DNA of 38,349 bases from Oceanococcaceae bacterium (GCA_039768115.1 JBDNBC010000228.1:1-38349); one strand, 5' to 3'. Shown: positions 29,175 to 36,050, numbered from the stretch's first letter. The notes: generated by a model not told the origin, from the sequence alone. Made by a program: numbers and translations.

Positions 29175-29200
29175 AAGGCCCGGCCACGAGGCCGGGCCTT
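29175..29200 (+). other. Perfect 11-bp stem-loop just after fliC copy 1 (attenuator or mRNA-stabilising hairpin; no U-tract)
   Basis: AAGGCCCGGCC-ACGA-GGCCGGGCCTT, 14 nt after the fliC stop and before the flaG RBS. Confidence 0.6.
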
Positions 29201-29224
29201 GGTGCCTCGCCAAGGAGTCATCCC

Positions 29225-29629
29225 ATGCAATTTCCTGCCATTCATCCCATCCCCCAGCCCTCGGTTCAATCCGGGGTGGTGCCCGTGATGCCGGCGGTCC
29301 GGGCGACCGAGCCGGTAGCGGCCGTCCGCAATGACCAGCAGCAGGGGCGCCTGCCGCCTGAAGGTCGGTATTCACCCAATGCGTCAACAAAGACGGGCGC
29401 GATGGAGTTTCGGGTGGATGAGGGCAGTGATCGCCTGGTCGTCTCGTTATATGACGACCGTGGTGATGTCATTCGGCAAATACCTGCCGAATCCATATTG
29501 AAAATGGCGCGGCAAATCACCGAGTTGCTGCGTCAGCGCGATGCGGTACCGCCCGTGACCAGCGAATCAGCGCCGGCCGACAGGGCAGACGTATCCACAC
29601 GCCCGGAATCCAGTGGAGACGCCGCGTAA
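29225..29629 (+). CDS. flaG: FlaG-family flagellar protein, copy 1
   Basis: FlaG core MEFRVDEGSDRLVVSLYDDRGDVIRQIPAESILKMARQI. Positioned between fliC and fliD. AAGGAG RBS. Confidence 0.7.
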   Translation: MQFPAIHPIPQPSVQSGVVPVMPAVRATEPVAAVRNDQQQGRLPPEGRYSPNASTKTGAMEFRVDEGSDRLVVSLYDDRGDVIRQIPAESILKMARQITELLRQRDAVPPVTSESAPADRADVSTRPESSGDAA

Positions 29630-29642
29630 GCGGTGAACAGCG

Positions 29643-30986
29643 ATGCCAGGCATATCCTCAGCAGGTATTGGTTCGGGTCTGGACATCCAGGGGCTCGTGT
29701 CGCAACTGGTGGCCGCGGATCGCGCTCCGGCGGCCGGGCGTTTGCAGCGCCAGGAATCGGAGACGCGGGTGGCCATTACTGCCTTCGGTCAGCTGCGCAG
29801 CGCGATGTCGTCCTTGCAGTCAGCACTCAGTGGGCAAACCGGCACCGCGGCAACGGAAGCGCGCACGCTGACGCAGTCCGCCGACACCTTTTTCAGCGCG
29901 AGCGCCGAAACGGGCTCCGCCCTGGGCAACTACAGCATCATCGTCGAGCAACTGGCCACCACCGGGCGCTCCGTCCTGCAAACACCCACCGACCCGGCCG
30001 CCGGGCTCGGGCTGGGCACACTGGATCTGACCCTGGGCGCCGACAGTTTCAGCGTCGAAATTACCGATGCCAACACCACGCTCGCGCAGTTGCGTGATGC
30101 CATCAACAACGCCGCGGACAACCCCGGCGTGCGGGCCTCGATCATTAACGTCGACGGCGGCAGCGTGCTGTCACTCAGTTCTGATCGGATTGGTGCCGAC
30201 AGTGCGATTACGCTTGGTGGCGTCGGCGATATGGCGACACTGGCAGCCGATTTCGCGGCCACGGCCACAGGCCAAGATGCGCGCATCACCATAGACGGCA
30301 TGCCGCGCAGCAGTCCCACCAACACGATCAGTGACGCCATTGACGGTGTGACGCTCAACCTCACGCAGGCCGATCCGGCCACCGCCGTGACGCTTGGTAT
30401 CGCACGCAACGACAGCGCCATCAGCGATGCCATCAACGCCTTCGTGACGGCCTATAACGCGTTCGCCACTAGAGCCGATCAGCTGGGCGAATACAACCCG
30501 GTGACCGGAAACGGTGGTCCCCTGAATGGCAATGCCCTGTTGCGCGGTGTTGAGTCGCGGATCAAGGCGGTGATCAGCGAAGGTCAGGGCCCGGAGGCCA
30601 ACCTGCTGGGAGGCGACTTCGGCCTGCGCTTCGATGCCAACGGTCAGTTGTCGCTGGATGCGGCGCAACTCCAGGAGGCGCTCAGTGAGCGACGCACGGA
30701 TGTGGCCGCATGGTGGTCTGGTGATACCGGGCTGGCCAGCCGCCTGGATTCGACGCTGGGTGACCTGCTCGACAATGACGCCAGCCTGAAGAACCGCGAG
30801 TTGAGCCTTGAGGCCAATCTGCAGCGCATTGATGATCGTCGTGACAAGCTCGATGCGCGCATGGAGCGTGCCGAAGCGCGCTATCTGAAGCAGTTCACAG
30901 CGCTCGATATCGCCCTGGCGCAGATGCAGAGCACCAGCAGTTACCTGGCATCCCAGCTGGCCTCACTGAATTCCGGCAACTTCTGA
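29643..30986 (+). CDS. fliD: Flagellar filament cap protein FliD
   Basis: ISSAGIGSGLDIQGLVSQLVAADRAP at the N-terminus and ...RAEARYLKQFTALDIALAQMQSTSSYLASQL at the C-terminus. 447 aa. Confidence 0.9.
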   Translation: MPGISSAGIGSGLDIQGLVSQLVAADRAPAAGRLQRQESETRVAITAFGQLRSAMSSLQSALSGQTGTAATEARTLTQSADTFFSASAETGSALGNYSIIVEQLATTGRSVLQTPTDPAAGLGLGTLDLTLGADSFSVEITDANTTLAQLRDAINNAADNPGVRASIINVDGGSVLSLSSDRIGADSAITLGGVGDMATLAADFAATATGQDARITIDGMPRSSPTNTISDAIDGVTLNLTQADPATAVTLGIARNDSAISDAINAFVTAYNAFATRADQLGEYNPVTGNGGPLNGNALLRGVESRIKAVISEGQGPEANLLGGDFGLRFDANGQLSLDAAQLQEALSERRTDVAAWWSGDTGLASRLDSTLGDLLDNDASLKNRELSLEANLQRIDDRRDKLDARMERAEARYLKQFTALDIALAQMQSTSSYLASQLASLNSGNF

Positions 30987-31018
30987 TTTCGCGCGGCGCG
31001 TGAATGGCGCGCCCAAGC

Positions 31019-31046
31019 CTCAAGTGTGGCCGCGGATGGCCGATAA
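31019..31046 (+). promoter_or_regulatory. Sigma-28 promoter of fliS
   Basis: CTCAAGT-N13-GCCGATAA in the fliD-fliS spacer. Confidence 0.7.
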
Positions 31047-31079
31047 CTTCATCAGAACTTGAATCGGACAGCCATTCCC

Positions 31080-31496
31080 ATGTACGCCTCCACATACAGC
31101 AACCAATCCGCAGCCTGGTCCTATCAGTCGGTTGATGTGCAAACGGCATCGCCTGCACGGCTCACCGCGCTGCTGTTCACCAATCTCGATGCCCGCTTGG
31201 CCCACGCGGGGCGGCTGGCAGGCGAGGGGCAGGCTGAAGCCGGTGTGGCCCTGATGAAAGCGCTGGACATTCTCGCGGAGCTGCAGGGCACGCTGAATCT
31301 GGCGCAGGGGGGCGAAATCGCCGCCAATCTCTACGCGCTGTACCAGTACATCGCGCTGCGCCTGCGGCAAAGTGATGATCGTGCTGCGGCCATTACCGAG
31401 GTGCGCATGATCCTGGCGCCGCTGGTATCCGCCTGGAGCGAAATAGCGGAAGGTCCGGCCGCCGCCCCGCGTGCGGGCGCCCGCATGGTGGCCTGA
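31080..31496 (+). CDS. fliS: Flagellin-specific export chaperone FliS
   Basis: MYASTYSNQSAAWSYQSVDVQTASPARLTALLF... matches the FliS N-terminus (E. coli MYAAKGTQAY...). Four-helix pattern with GGEIAANLYALYQYIALRL. I prefer the ATG at 31080 because the sigma-28 promoter ends at 31046. TTG 31059 is the track start. Confidence 0.85.
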   Translation: MYASTYSNQSAAWSYQSVDVQTASPARLTALLFTNLDARLAHAGRLAGEGQAEAGVALMKALDILAELQGTLNLAQGGEIAANLYALYQYIALRLRQSDDRAAAITEVRMILAPLVSAWSEIAEGPAAAPRAGARMVA

Positions 31497-31582
31497 GCGC
31501 ATCGACACACGGCGCCCCGGGCGTCACCAGCGCTCAGGCCCAGACGTCCCGGCGCAGGTCCTTCTCTCGCCATATGTCGCCC

Positions 31583-31606
31583 AGTCGCACCTCGGTGCGA
31601 CTTTTG
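31583..31606 (+). terminator. Rho-independent terminator downstream of fliS
   Basis: AGTCGCAC-CTCG-GTGCGACT stem-loop followed by TTTT. Confidence 0.6.
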
Positions 31607-31658
31607 CGTTCTCGCGCGAAATGTCACGAAAATAACGCGAAAAGTTCGATAAATAAGC

Positions 31659-31686
31659 CTCAAGTTGCGTGTTCATCGGCCGATAC
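31659..31686 (+). promoter_or_regulatory. Sigma-28 promoter of fliC copy 2
   Basis: CTCAAGT-N13-GCCGATAC, preceded by an A/T-rich tract (31607-31658), 79 nt upstream of the ATG. Confidence 0.8.
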
Positions 31687-31764
31687 CTTCCCTGAGGCAA
31701 GACACCGCATTTCGCGGCGACGCCCCCAGCCCCCGGCTTCCCCTCCCAAAGAAGGAATCGAACA

Positions 31765-32916
31765 ATGCAAGGTATCAATACCAATGTCATGTCACTCAAT
31801 GTTCAGAAGAACCTGAACCAGTCGAGTGCCAACCTCGCCACCTCCATCGAGCGCCTGTCCACCGGCCTGCGCATCAACAGCGCCAAGGACGATGCGGCCG
31901 GTCTGGCCATCTCCGAGCGGTTTACCTCGCAGATTCGCGGCCAGAACCAGGCGATCCGCAATGCCAATGACGGCATCTCGCTGGCCCAGACCGCCGAAGG
32001 CGCGCTGGACGAAGTGACCAACAACCTGCAGCGTATTCGTGAACTGTCGGTTCAGGCATCGAATGCGACCTACACGCAGTCGGATCGTGACGCGCTGCAA
32101 CTGGAAGTCTCCGAGCTGCTCAACGAAATCAACCGGGTGGCGGATCAGACCTCGTTCAACGGCGTGAAGCTGCTGGACGGCTCGTTCACCGGTGCGGTGT
32201 TCCAGATTGGCGCGAATGCAGGTGAGAACATCACCCTGAGCTCCATCACCGATGCCAACACTGCCGCCCTGGGCAGTGTCACGCAGAACACCGACGCGGG
32301 CCTGAGTGTGGCCGCTTCCGGCCTGACCGGCTTCGGCACGGCGATTGCGGCCGGTGGCGTCACCATCAACGGTGTGGATATTGGCGCGATTGCTGGAGCC
32401 AGCAGTGCCGCCGAGCGGGCCGGACAGCTGGCCAACGCCATCAACAACGTCTCGGCGCAGACCGGCGTCGGTGCCAACTACGACTCCGCGACCGGTCAGC
32501 TCACGCTGAACAGTGAAGGGGCCGTGACGGTGGCCGGTACGGTCAACGATGCGACGATTGCGGGTTACGCCAACGCGGCGATCAGCACGCTGACCACGGC
32601 TACTGGTATCGACACCCTGACGGTGGCGAACTACGCCGGTGCGCAAACGGCGATGAAGCTGGTCGATGACGCCCTGACAACGGTCAACAGTGCCCGGGCG
32701 TCGCTGGGTGCGCAGCAAAGCCGCTTCGAAAGCGTGGTGGCCAGCCTGCAAACCTCGGTGGAAAACCAGAGCGCATCGCGCAGCCGGATCCAGGATGCGG
32801 ACTTTGCGGTCGAAACCGCGAATCTGTCCCGCACGCAGATCCTGCAGCAGGCTGGTACCGCCATGCTGGCTCAGGCCAACTCGGCGCCGCAGAGCGTGTT
32901 GGGTCTGCTCCGCTAA
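31765..32916 (+). CDS. fliC: Flagellin, copy 2 (383 aa)
   Basis: Collinear with copy 1 at a constant offset of 3758 nt. There are 13 substitutions (L8V, A50S, T55S, S61N, V91I, A95S, A162T, I182V, A241S, T313S, E343Q, G377S, S380G) and the terminal Gly is missing. It has its own sigma-28 promoter. Confidence 0.95.
   Translation: MQGINTNVMSLNVQKNLNQSSANLATSIERLSTGLRINSAKDDAAGLAISERFTSQIRGQNQAIRNANDGISLAQTAEGALDEVTNNLQRIRELSVQASNATYTQSDRDALQLEVSELLNEINRVADQTSFNGVKLLDGSFTGAVFQIGANAGENITLSSITDANTAALGSVTQNTDAGLSVAASGLTGFGTAIAAGGVTINGVDIGAIAGASSAAERAGQLANAINNVSAQTGVGANYDSATGQLTLNSEGAVTVAGTVNDATIAGYANAAISTLTTATGIDTLTVANYAGAQTAMKLVDDALTTVNSARASLGAQQSRFESVVASLQTSVENQSASRSRIQDADFAVETANLSRTQILQQAGTAMLAQANSAPQSVLGLLR
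31765..32916 (+). repeat. Paralogous repeat copy B (fliC coding sequence)
   Basis: See copy A. Similarity starts at the RBS (AGAAGGAA) and ends at the stop codon. The flanks are not alignable. Confidence 0.9.
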
Positions 32917-32954
32917 GATCAGCAAGCGCTGCGGCGCTCTGATCAAGGCTAGAC

Positions 32955-32980
32955 AAGCCCCGGCCATCTGGTCGGGGCTT
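32955..32980 (+). other. Homologous stem-loop after fliC copy 2
   Basis: AAGCCCCGGCC-ATCT-GGTCGGGGCTT has the same architecture as 29175-29200, with one compensatory pair change (G-C to C-G) and one G-U. Confidence 0.6.
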
Positions 32981-33003
32981 TGTCACCCCGGAGGGATTTT
33001 CCG

Positions 33004-33345
33004 ATGACCGCTTTCCCCAACACTCCCGGTGCCCTGCGCCCGGCAGGCAGTGCTGAGTATGGCCGCGATGGTCGACCGGCGGTGCCGGCCATACGCGGGA
33101 TATTGGAGAGTTTTCATCCGCATGATTCGGACGATGCGTCGCATCAATCGGCGCCGCGCATCATGTCCATCGACACCGATACGGTGTACCGCATCGACAC
33201 GGTAAACGATCAGCTGGTCGTCTCCGTTCTTGACCGGCAGGGTGCTCTGCTGCGTCAGATACCCGCAACGGTTGTGCTGCAGATGGCACGTCGACTCGAG
33301 CAGGTATTGTCGGACCGCAGCCTCGGGCTGCACGCGCAGGCCTGA
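33004..33345 (+). CDS. flaG: FlaG-family flagellar protein, copy 2 (divergent)
   Basis: Core YRIDTVNDQLVVSVLDRQGALLRQIPATVVLQMARRL parallels FlaG copy 1. GGAGGG RBS before the ATG at 33004. Followed by a strong terminator. Confidence 0.6.
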   Translation: MTAFPNTPGALRPAGSAEYGRDGRPAVPAIRGILESFHPHDSDDASHQSAPRIMSIDTDTVYRIDTVNDQLVVSVLDRQGALLRQIPATVVLQMARRLEQVLSDRSLGLHAQA

Positions 33346-33375
33346 TCGCTTCCTTAACGGTCTGTGCAAGGACAT

Positions 33376-33406
33376 ACCCCGGCTCCGGTCGGGGTTTGTC
33401 TTTTTT
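33376..33406 (+). terminator. Rho-independent terminator after flaG copy 2
   Basis: ACCCCGGC-TCCG-GTCGGGGT stem-loop followed by TTGTCTTTTTT. Confidence 0.75.
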
Positions 33407-33410
33407 GGGG

Positions 33411-33438
33411 CTCAAGTTTTCAGTGCTCAGGCCGATAT
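33411..33438 (+). promoter_or_regulatory. Sigma-28 promoter of the fliS-like / 177-aa ORF bicistron
   Basis: CTCAAGT-N13-GCCGATAT, directly after the flaG-2 terminator and 43 nt upstream of the ATG at 33481. Confidence 0.7.
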
Positions 33439-33480
33439 CCAAGGCAGACCCTTTTCGCGTTTGAAAAAACGGATTCCGTC

Positions 33481-33909
33481 ATGCACGAAGCGCTGCTGCA
33501 CCCCGTCAACCCCATCACTTTTGAACCGGCGTCTGGTCCGGCAGTGTTGTTGCCCGACCCGCCGGCGTACCCCGAGCTGCTGTCGCTGATGTACGGCCGG
33601 CTCGAGCAGGTGTTTGCCCGGGCGGTTCGCGCTTACGCACAGGCCAGCACGGATGCCGTTCCGTGCTTCCACGAGGCGTACGCCCGCCTGGCGGAAGTTC
33701 GCAAGGCCATTGACCCGGCTAGCGATTCCGCTACCGTAAGGCATATGCGCGCCTTGCTGACCCATATCGACACCCGCCTGCGACTGGGCGATGACCGACT
33801 GGCCTCCTTGCGGGAAGGGCAGCGTCTCATTGCGCCCGTGGCGCAGGCATTTGCCGAACTGGCCGAAGCCATGCCCCCGCGGCGGCGTTGGCAACGTCTG
33901 CATTCCTGA
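33481..33909 (+). CDS. Divergent FliS-like helical protein (putative second flagellin chaperone); assignment tentative
   Basis: 142 aa, all-helical. Collinear in length and pattern with FliS at 31080 (LLSLMYGRLEQV.. vs LTALLFTNLDAR..; ..RLIAPVAQAFAELAE vs ..MILAPLVSAWSEIAE). It occupies the fliS position of the second cassette and has its own sigma-28 promoter. Confidence 0.4.
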   Translation: MHEALLHPVNPITFEPASGPAVLLPDPPAYPELLSLMYGRLEQVFARAVRAYAQASTDAVPCFHEAYARLAEVRKAIDPASDSATVRHMRALLTHIDTRLRLGDDRLASLREGQRLIAPVAQAFAELAEAMPPRRRWQRLHS

Positions 33910-33918
33910 AGCGATCCG

Positions 33919-34452
33919 GTGGGTCCCAGTTACGTCAGCCGGCGCCCCGTCCGCTTCGTCAGGGGGGCCGAGGCCGGGTCAGCGGCTGATGCGCTGCGGG
34001 TGCTGCTGGCCGTGGGGACGCTGGAACATCACGACAGCGCGACGCGGGTCGATGGCGGTGACGGCCCCAGCCCGGAATGGCAGGACGTCCGTGCGCGGCT
34101 GGATTTGCTCGTCGCACTGGTCGGACATCTCTACCGCCAGCAGGTCGCCAGCGCATTGCCACCGCGGCGCGAGGTCACCATCGCCGCTGATCATATGGAA
34201 TGGGTCGCCGACGATCTGAACTCGCTGGATGCGGCGCAGGCCTACGATGGCGTGCTGGAGTTGCACCTGAGTGACAGCTATCCCGAGCCATTGCGTCTGG
34301 CCGGGCAGCTCCGAATCGTTGCCCAGACCGGGCCGGATACGCGCCTGCTGAGTTTTCGACCGCTGCCGCTGGACCCGGACGTGGACGACGCGCTGCGGCG
34401 CCAGGTGTTTCGTCATCATCGGCGGGAAATCGCTCGCAAACATGGCAGTTGA
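33919..34452 (+). CDS. Unassigned 177-aa protein; possible degenerate PilZ-like beta-barrel
   Basis: GTG start 10 nt after the previous stop. A helical segment (WQDVRARLDLLVALVGHLYRQQV) is followed by a beta-rich C-terminal half ending ...LRLAGQLRIVAQTGPDTRLLSFRPLPLDPDVDDALRRQVFRHHRREIARK, which resembles the end of PilZ domains. The canonical RxxxR...(D/N)xSxxG pair is not found in the normal order. In Xanthomonas flagellar clusters I recall a PilZ-domain gene between fliS and rpoN2. Confidence 0.35.
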   Translation: MGPSYVSRRPVRFVRGAEAGSAADALRVLLAVGTLEHHDSATRVDGGDGPSPEWQDVRARLDLLVALVGHLYRQQVASALPPRREVTIAADHMEWVADDLNSLDAAQAYDGVLELHLSDSYPEPLRLAGQLRIVAQTGPDTRLLSFRPLPLDPDVDDALRRQVFRHHRREIARKHGS

Positions 34453-34462
34453 CGGCTGTTCA

Positions 34463-34478
34463 TGGCACATGACTTGCG
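34463..34478 (+). promoter_or_regulatory. Near-consensus sigma-54 promoter upstream of rpoN-REC-fleQ
   Basis: TGGCACATGACTTGCG matches every defined position of TGGCAC-N5-TTGC. It lies 11 nt after the preceding stop and about 130 nt upstream of the rpoN ATG. Confidence 0.65.
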
Positions 34479-34607
34479 CAAGGACGAAACGCTGACATCT
34501 TGACGTTTTAGTGACTTCCGTTTGGAGACAGTGCACCCAACGGCCCGACGGATTTCCGTCCTCGGCGGGCCTCAAGTGCTACCGATTGTCACCCACGGAG
34601 ATCTGCA

Positions 34608-36038
34608 ATGCGTCAGAACATCGGCATCAACATGAGTCAACAGCTGGGCATGACGCCGCAGTTGGCGCAGTCCATTCGTTTGCTGCAACTGTCCTCACTG
34701 GAGCTGTCGGCCGAGCTGAACCAGGCGCTGGATGACAACCTGATGCTCGAGCGTGATGAGGACGACGTCGAAGTTCGCGCCGCAGACGATCTGGCCGAAG
34801 ATCAGCGCATGGACCTGCACGGCGGCATGCGCACCGTCGGTGATGACGACGATGACAGTGCCTCGCGTCAGGCCGCGGTGACCCAGGACGTGCACATGCG
34901 CATCCTGGAGCAGGCGGCGATGGTTTTCGCCAACGAGACGGATCGCTTGATTGTGTGCGAGATCTGTGCCGCCACCGACGATGCCGGGTATCTCGGTGCC
35001 GATGTCGACGAGCTCAACGATCGGTTGCAGGGCATTCCCGGCATATCCGCTGAGCGCATCGCACGCGTGCTGCACGGGGTTCAACGGCTGGAGCCGGTGG
35101 GCTACGCCGCCCGCTCGCTCAGCGAGGCCCTGCATGTACAACTGGAAGAACGCCAGCAGGACGGGCAGGGTGATGCCTATCTTCTGCGCCTGGCCCTGAC
35201 GCTGGTTGACGGATGTCTGGACGATGTCGCGGCGAAGCGCTGGACCGCACTTGCCAGTCGCCTGAAGGTGTCAGTGGATGATGTGCTGGCCGCGGTCGGC
35301 ATTGTGCGCGGCCTCAATCCCAAGCCTGCAGCGCAGCATGCCGATACCCAGTACGTCACGCCGGATGTCCGCGTCGAACCCAGCGAGCGCGGGTACACCG
35401 TACGCCTCAACGATCACGCTTTGCCCCGGCTGCGCGTGAATTCCGATTACGCCCGAGCCGTCGAGGGGGATCGCAATGCCCGCGCTCTGAAGGATCAGCT
35501 GCAGGAGGCCCGCTGGTTGTTGCGCAGCGTCCAGGTTCGTCAGGACACGCTGCTGGCCGCGGCCGAGGCCATCTTCCGTCGGCAGTCGGCGTTCCTGACC
35601 CGGGGCGAGGTGGGCCTGAGTCCGCTGACGCTGAAGGACATCGCCGATGAGATCGGTGTGCATGAGTCGACCCTGTCCCGGATCACCACGTCCAAATATG
35701 TGGAGACGCCGCGCGGTATCTATTCGCTCAAGCACTTCTTCCCCAGCCAGCTGACCGCCGCCGAAGGTGTGTCGGCCTCTGGCGCATCGGTCAAAGCGCT
35801 GATCAAGCGACTGATTGATGCCGAGCCGGGTGATGAGCCACTGCGTGACGTTGACATCACCGCCATTCTGGCCCGACGCGGTATTTCGATCGCGCGCCGC
35901 ACCATTGCAAAGTACCGTGAAGCGATGGGCATTGGCTCGTCGAAAGAGCGTCAGGCCGCGCGGCGGATGTTGGCGCGCTCGTCGACGGGGCGCTCGGGCC
36001 CGGTTTCTGGCAACGCGGCCGCACACGCGGCCGTCTGA
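34608..36038 (+). CDS. rpoN: RNA polymerase sigma-54 factor (flagellar-cluster paralogue, rpoN2-type by context)
   Basis: Region I MSQQLGMTPQLAQSIRLLQLSSLELSAELNQAL, an acidic region II, an HTH and the RpoN box ARRTIAKYREAMGI. 476 aa with a tail of about 25 aa after the RpoN box. Confidence 0.95.
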   Translation: MRQNIGINMSQQLGMTPQLAQSIRLLQLSSLELSAELNQALDDNLMLERDEDDVEVRAADDLAEDQRMDLHGGMRTVGDDDDDSASRQAAVTQDVHMRILEQAAMVFANETDRLIVCEICAATDDAGYLGADVDELNDRLQGIPGISAERIARVLHGVQRLEPVGYAARSLSEALHVQLEERQQDGQGDAYLLRLALTLVDGCLDDVAAKRWTALASRLKVSVDDVLAAVGIVRGLNPKPAAQHADTQYVTPDVRVEPSERGYTVRLNDHALPRLRVNSDYARAVEGDRNARALKDQLQEARWLLRSVQVRQDTLLAAAEAIFRRQSAFLTRGEVGLSPLTLKDIADEIGVHESTLSRITTSKYVETPRGIYSLKHFFPSQLTAAEGVSASGASVKALIKRLIDAEPGDEPLRDVDITAILARRGISIARRTIAKYREAMGIGSSKERQAARRMLARSSTGRSGPVSGNAAAHAAV

Positions 36039-36050
36039 GGAGTTTCTGTC

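Noticed and set aside
27989-29269. 426-aa ORF antisense to fliC copy 1, and its twin at 31792-32967 antisense to fliC copy 2
   Set aside because: The translations are R/G/A/V/Q-rich and low-complexity, with no motifs. They mirror the flagellin frame exactly, as expected for shadow ORFs in high-GC DNA. The sense strand encodes unmistakable flagellins.
28007-32916. Possibility that the flagellin duplication is an assembly artefact or a collapsed/expanded repeat
   Set aside because: The copies differ at 13 amino-acid positions plus many synonymous sites. They have unique flanks, different promoter -10 boxes and different downstream genes, so they are genuine paralogues. Long reads would still settle copy number.
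34571-34598. CTCAAGT heptamer in the rpoN leader that looks like a seventh sigma-28 -35 box
   Set aside because: Thirteen nt downstream the sequence is ACCCACGG, not GCCGATA. The only CCGAT nearby is 5 nt after the heptamer, far too close for sigma-28 spacing.
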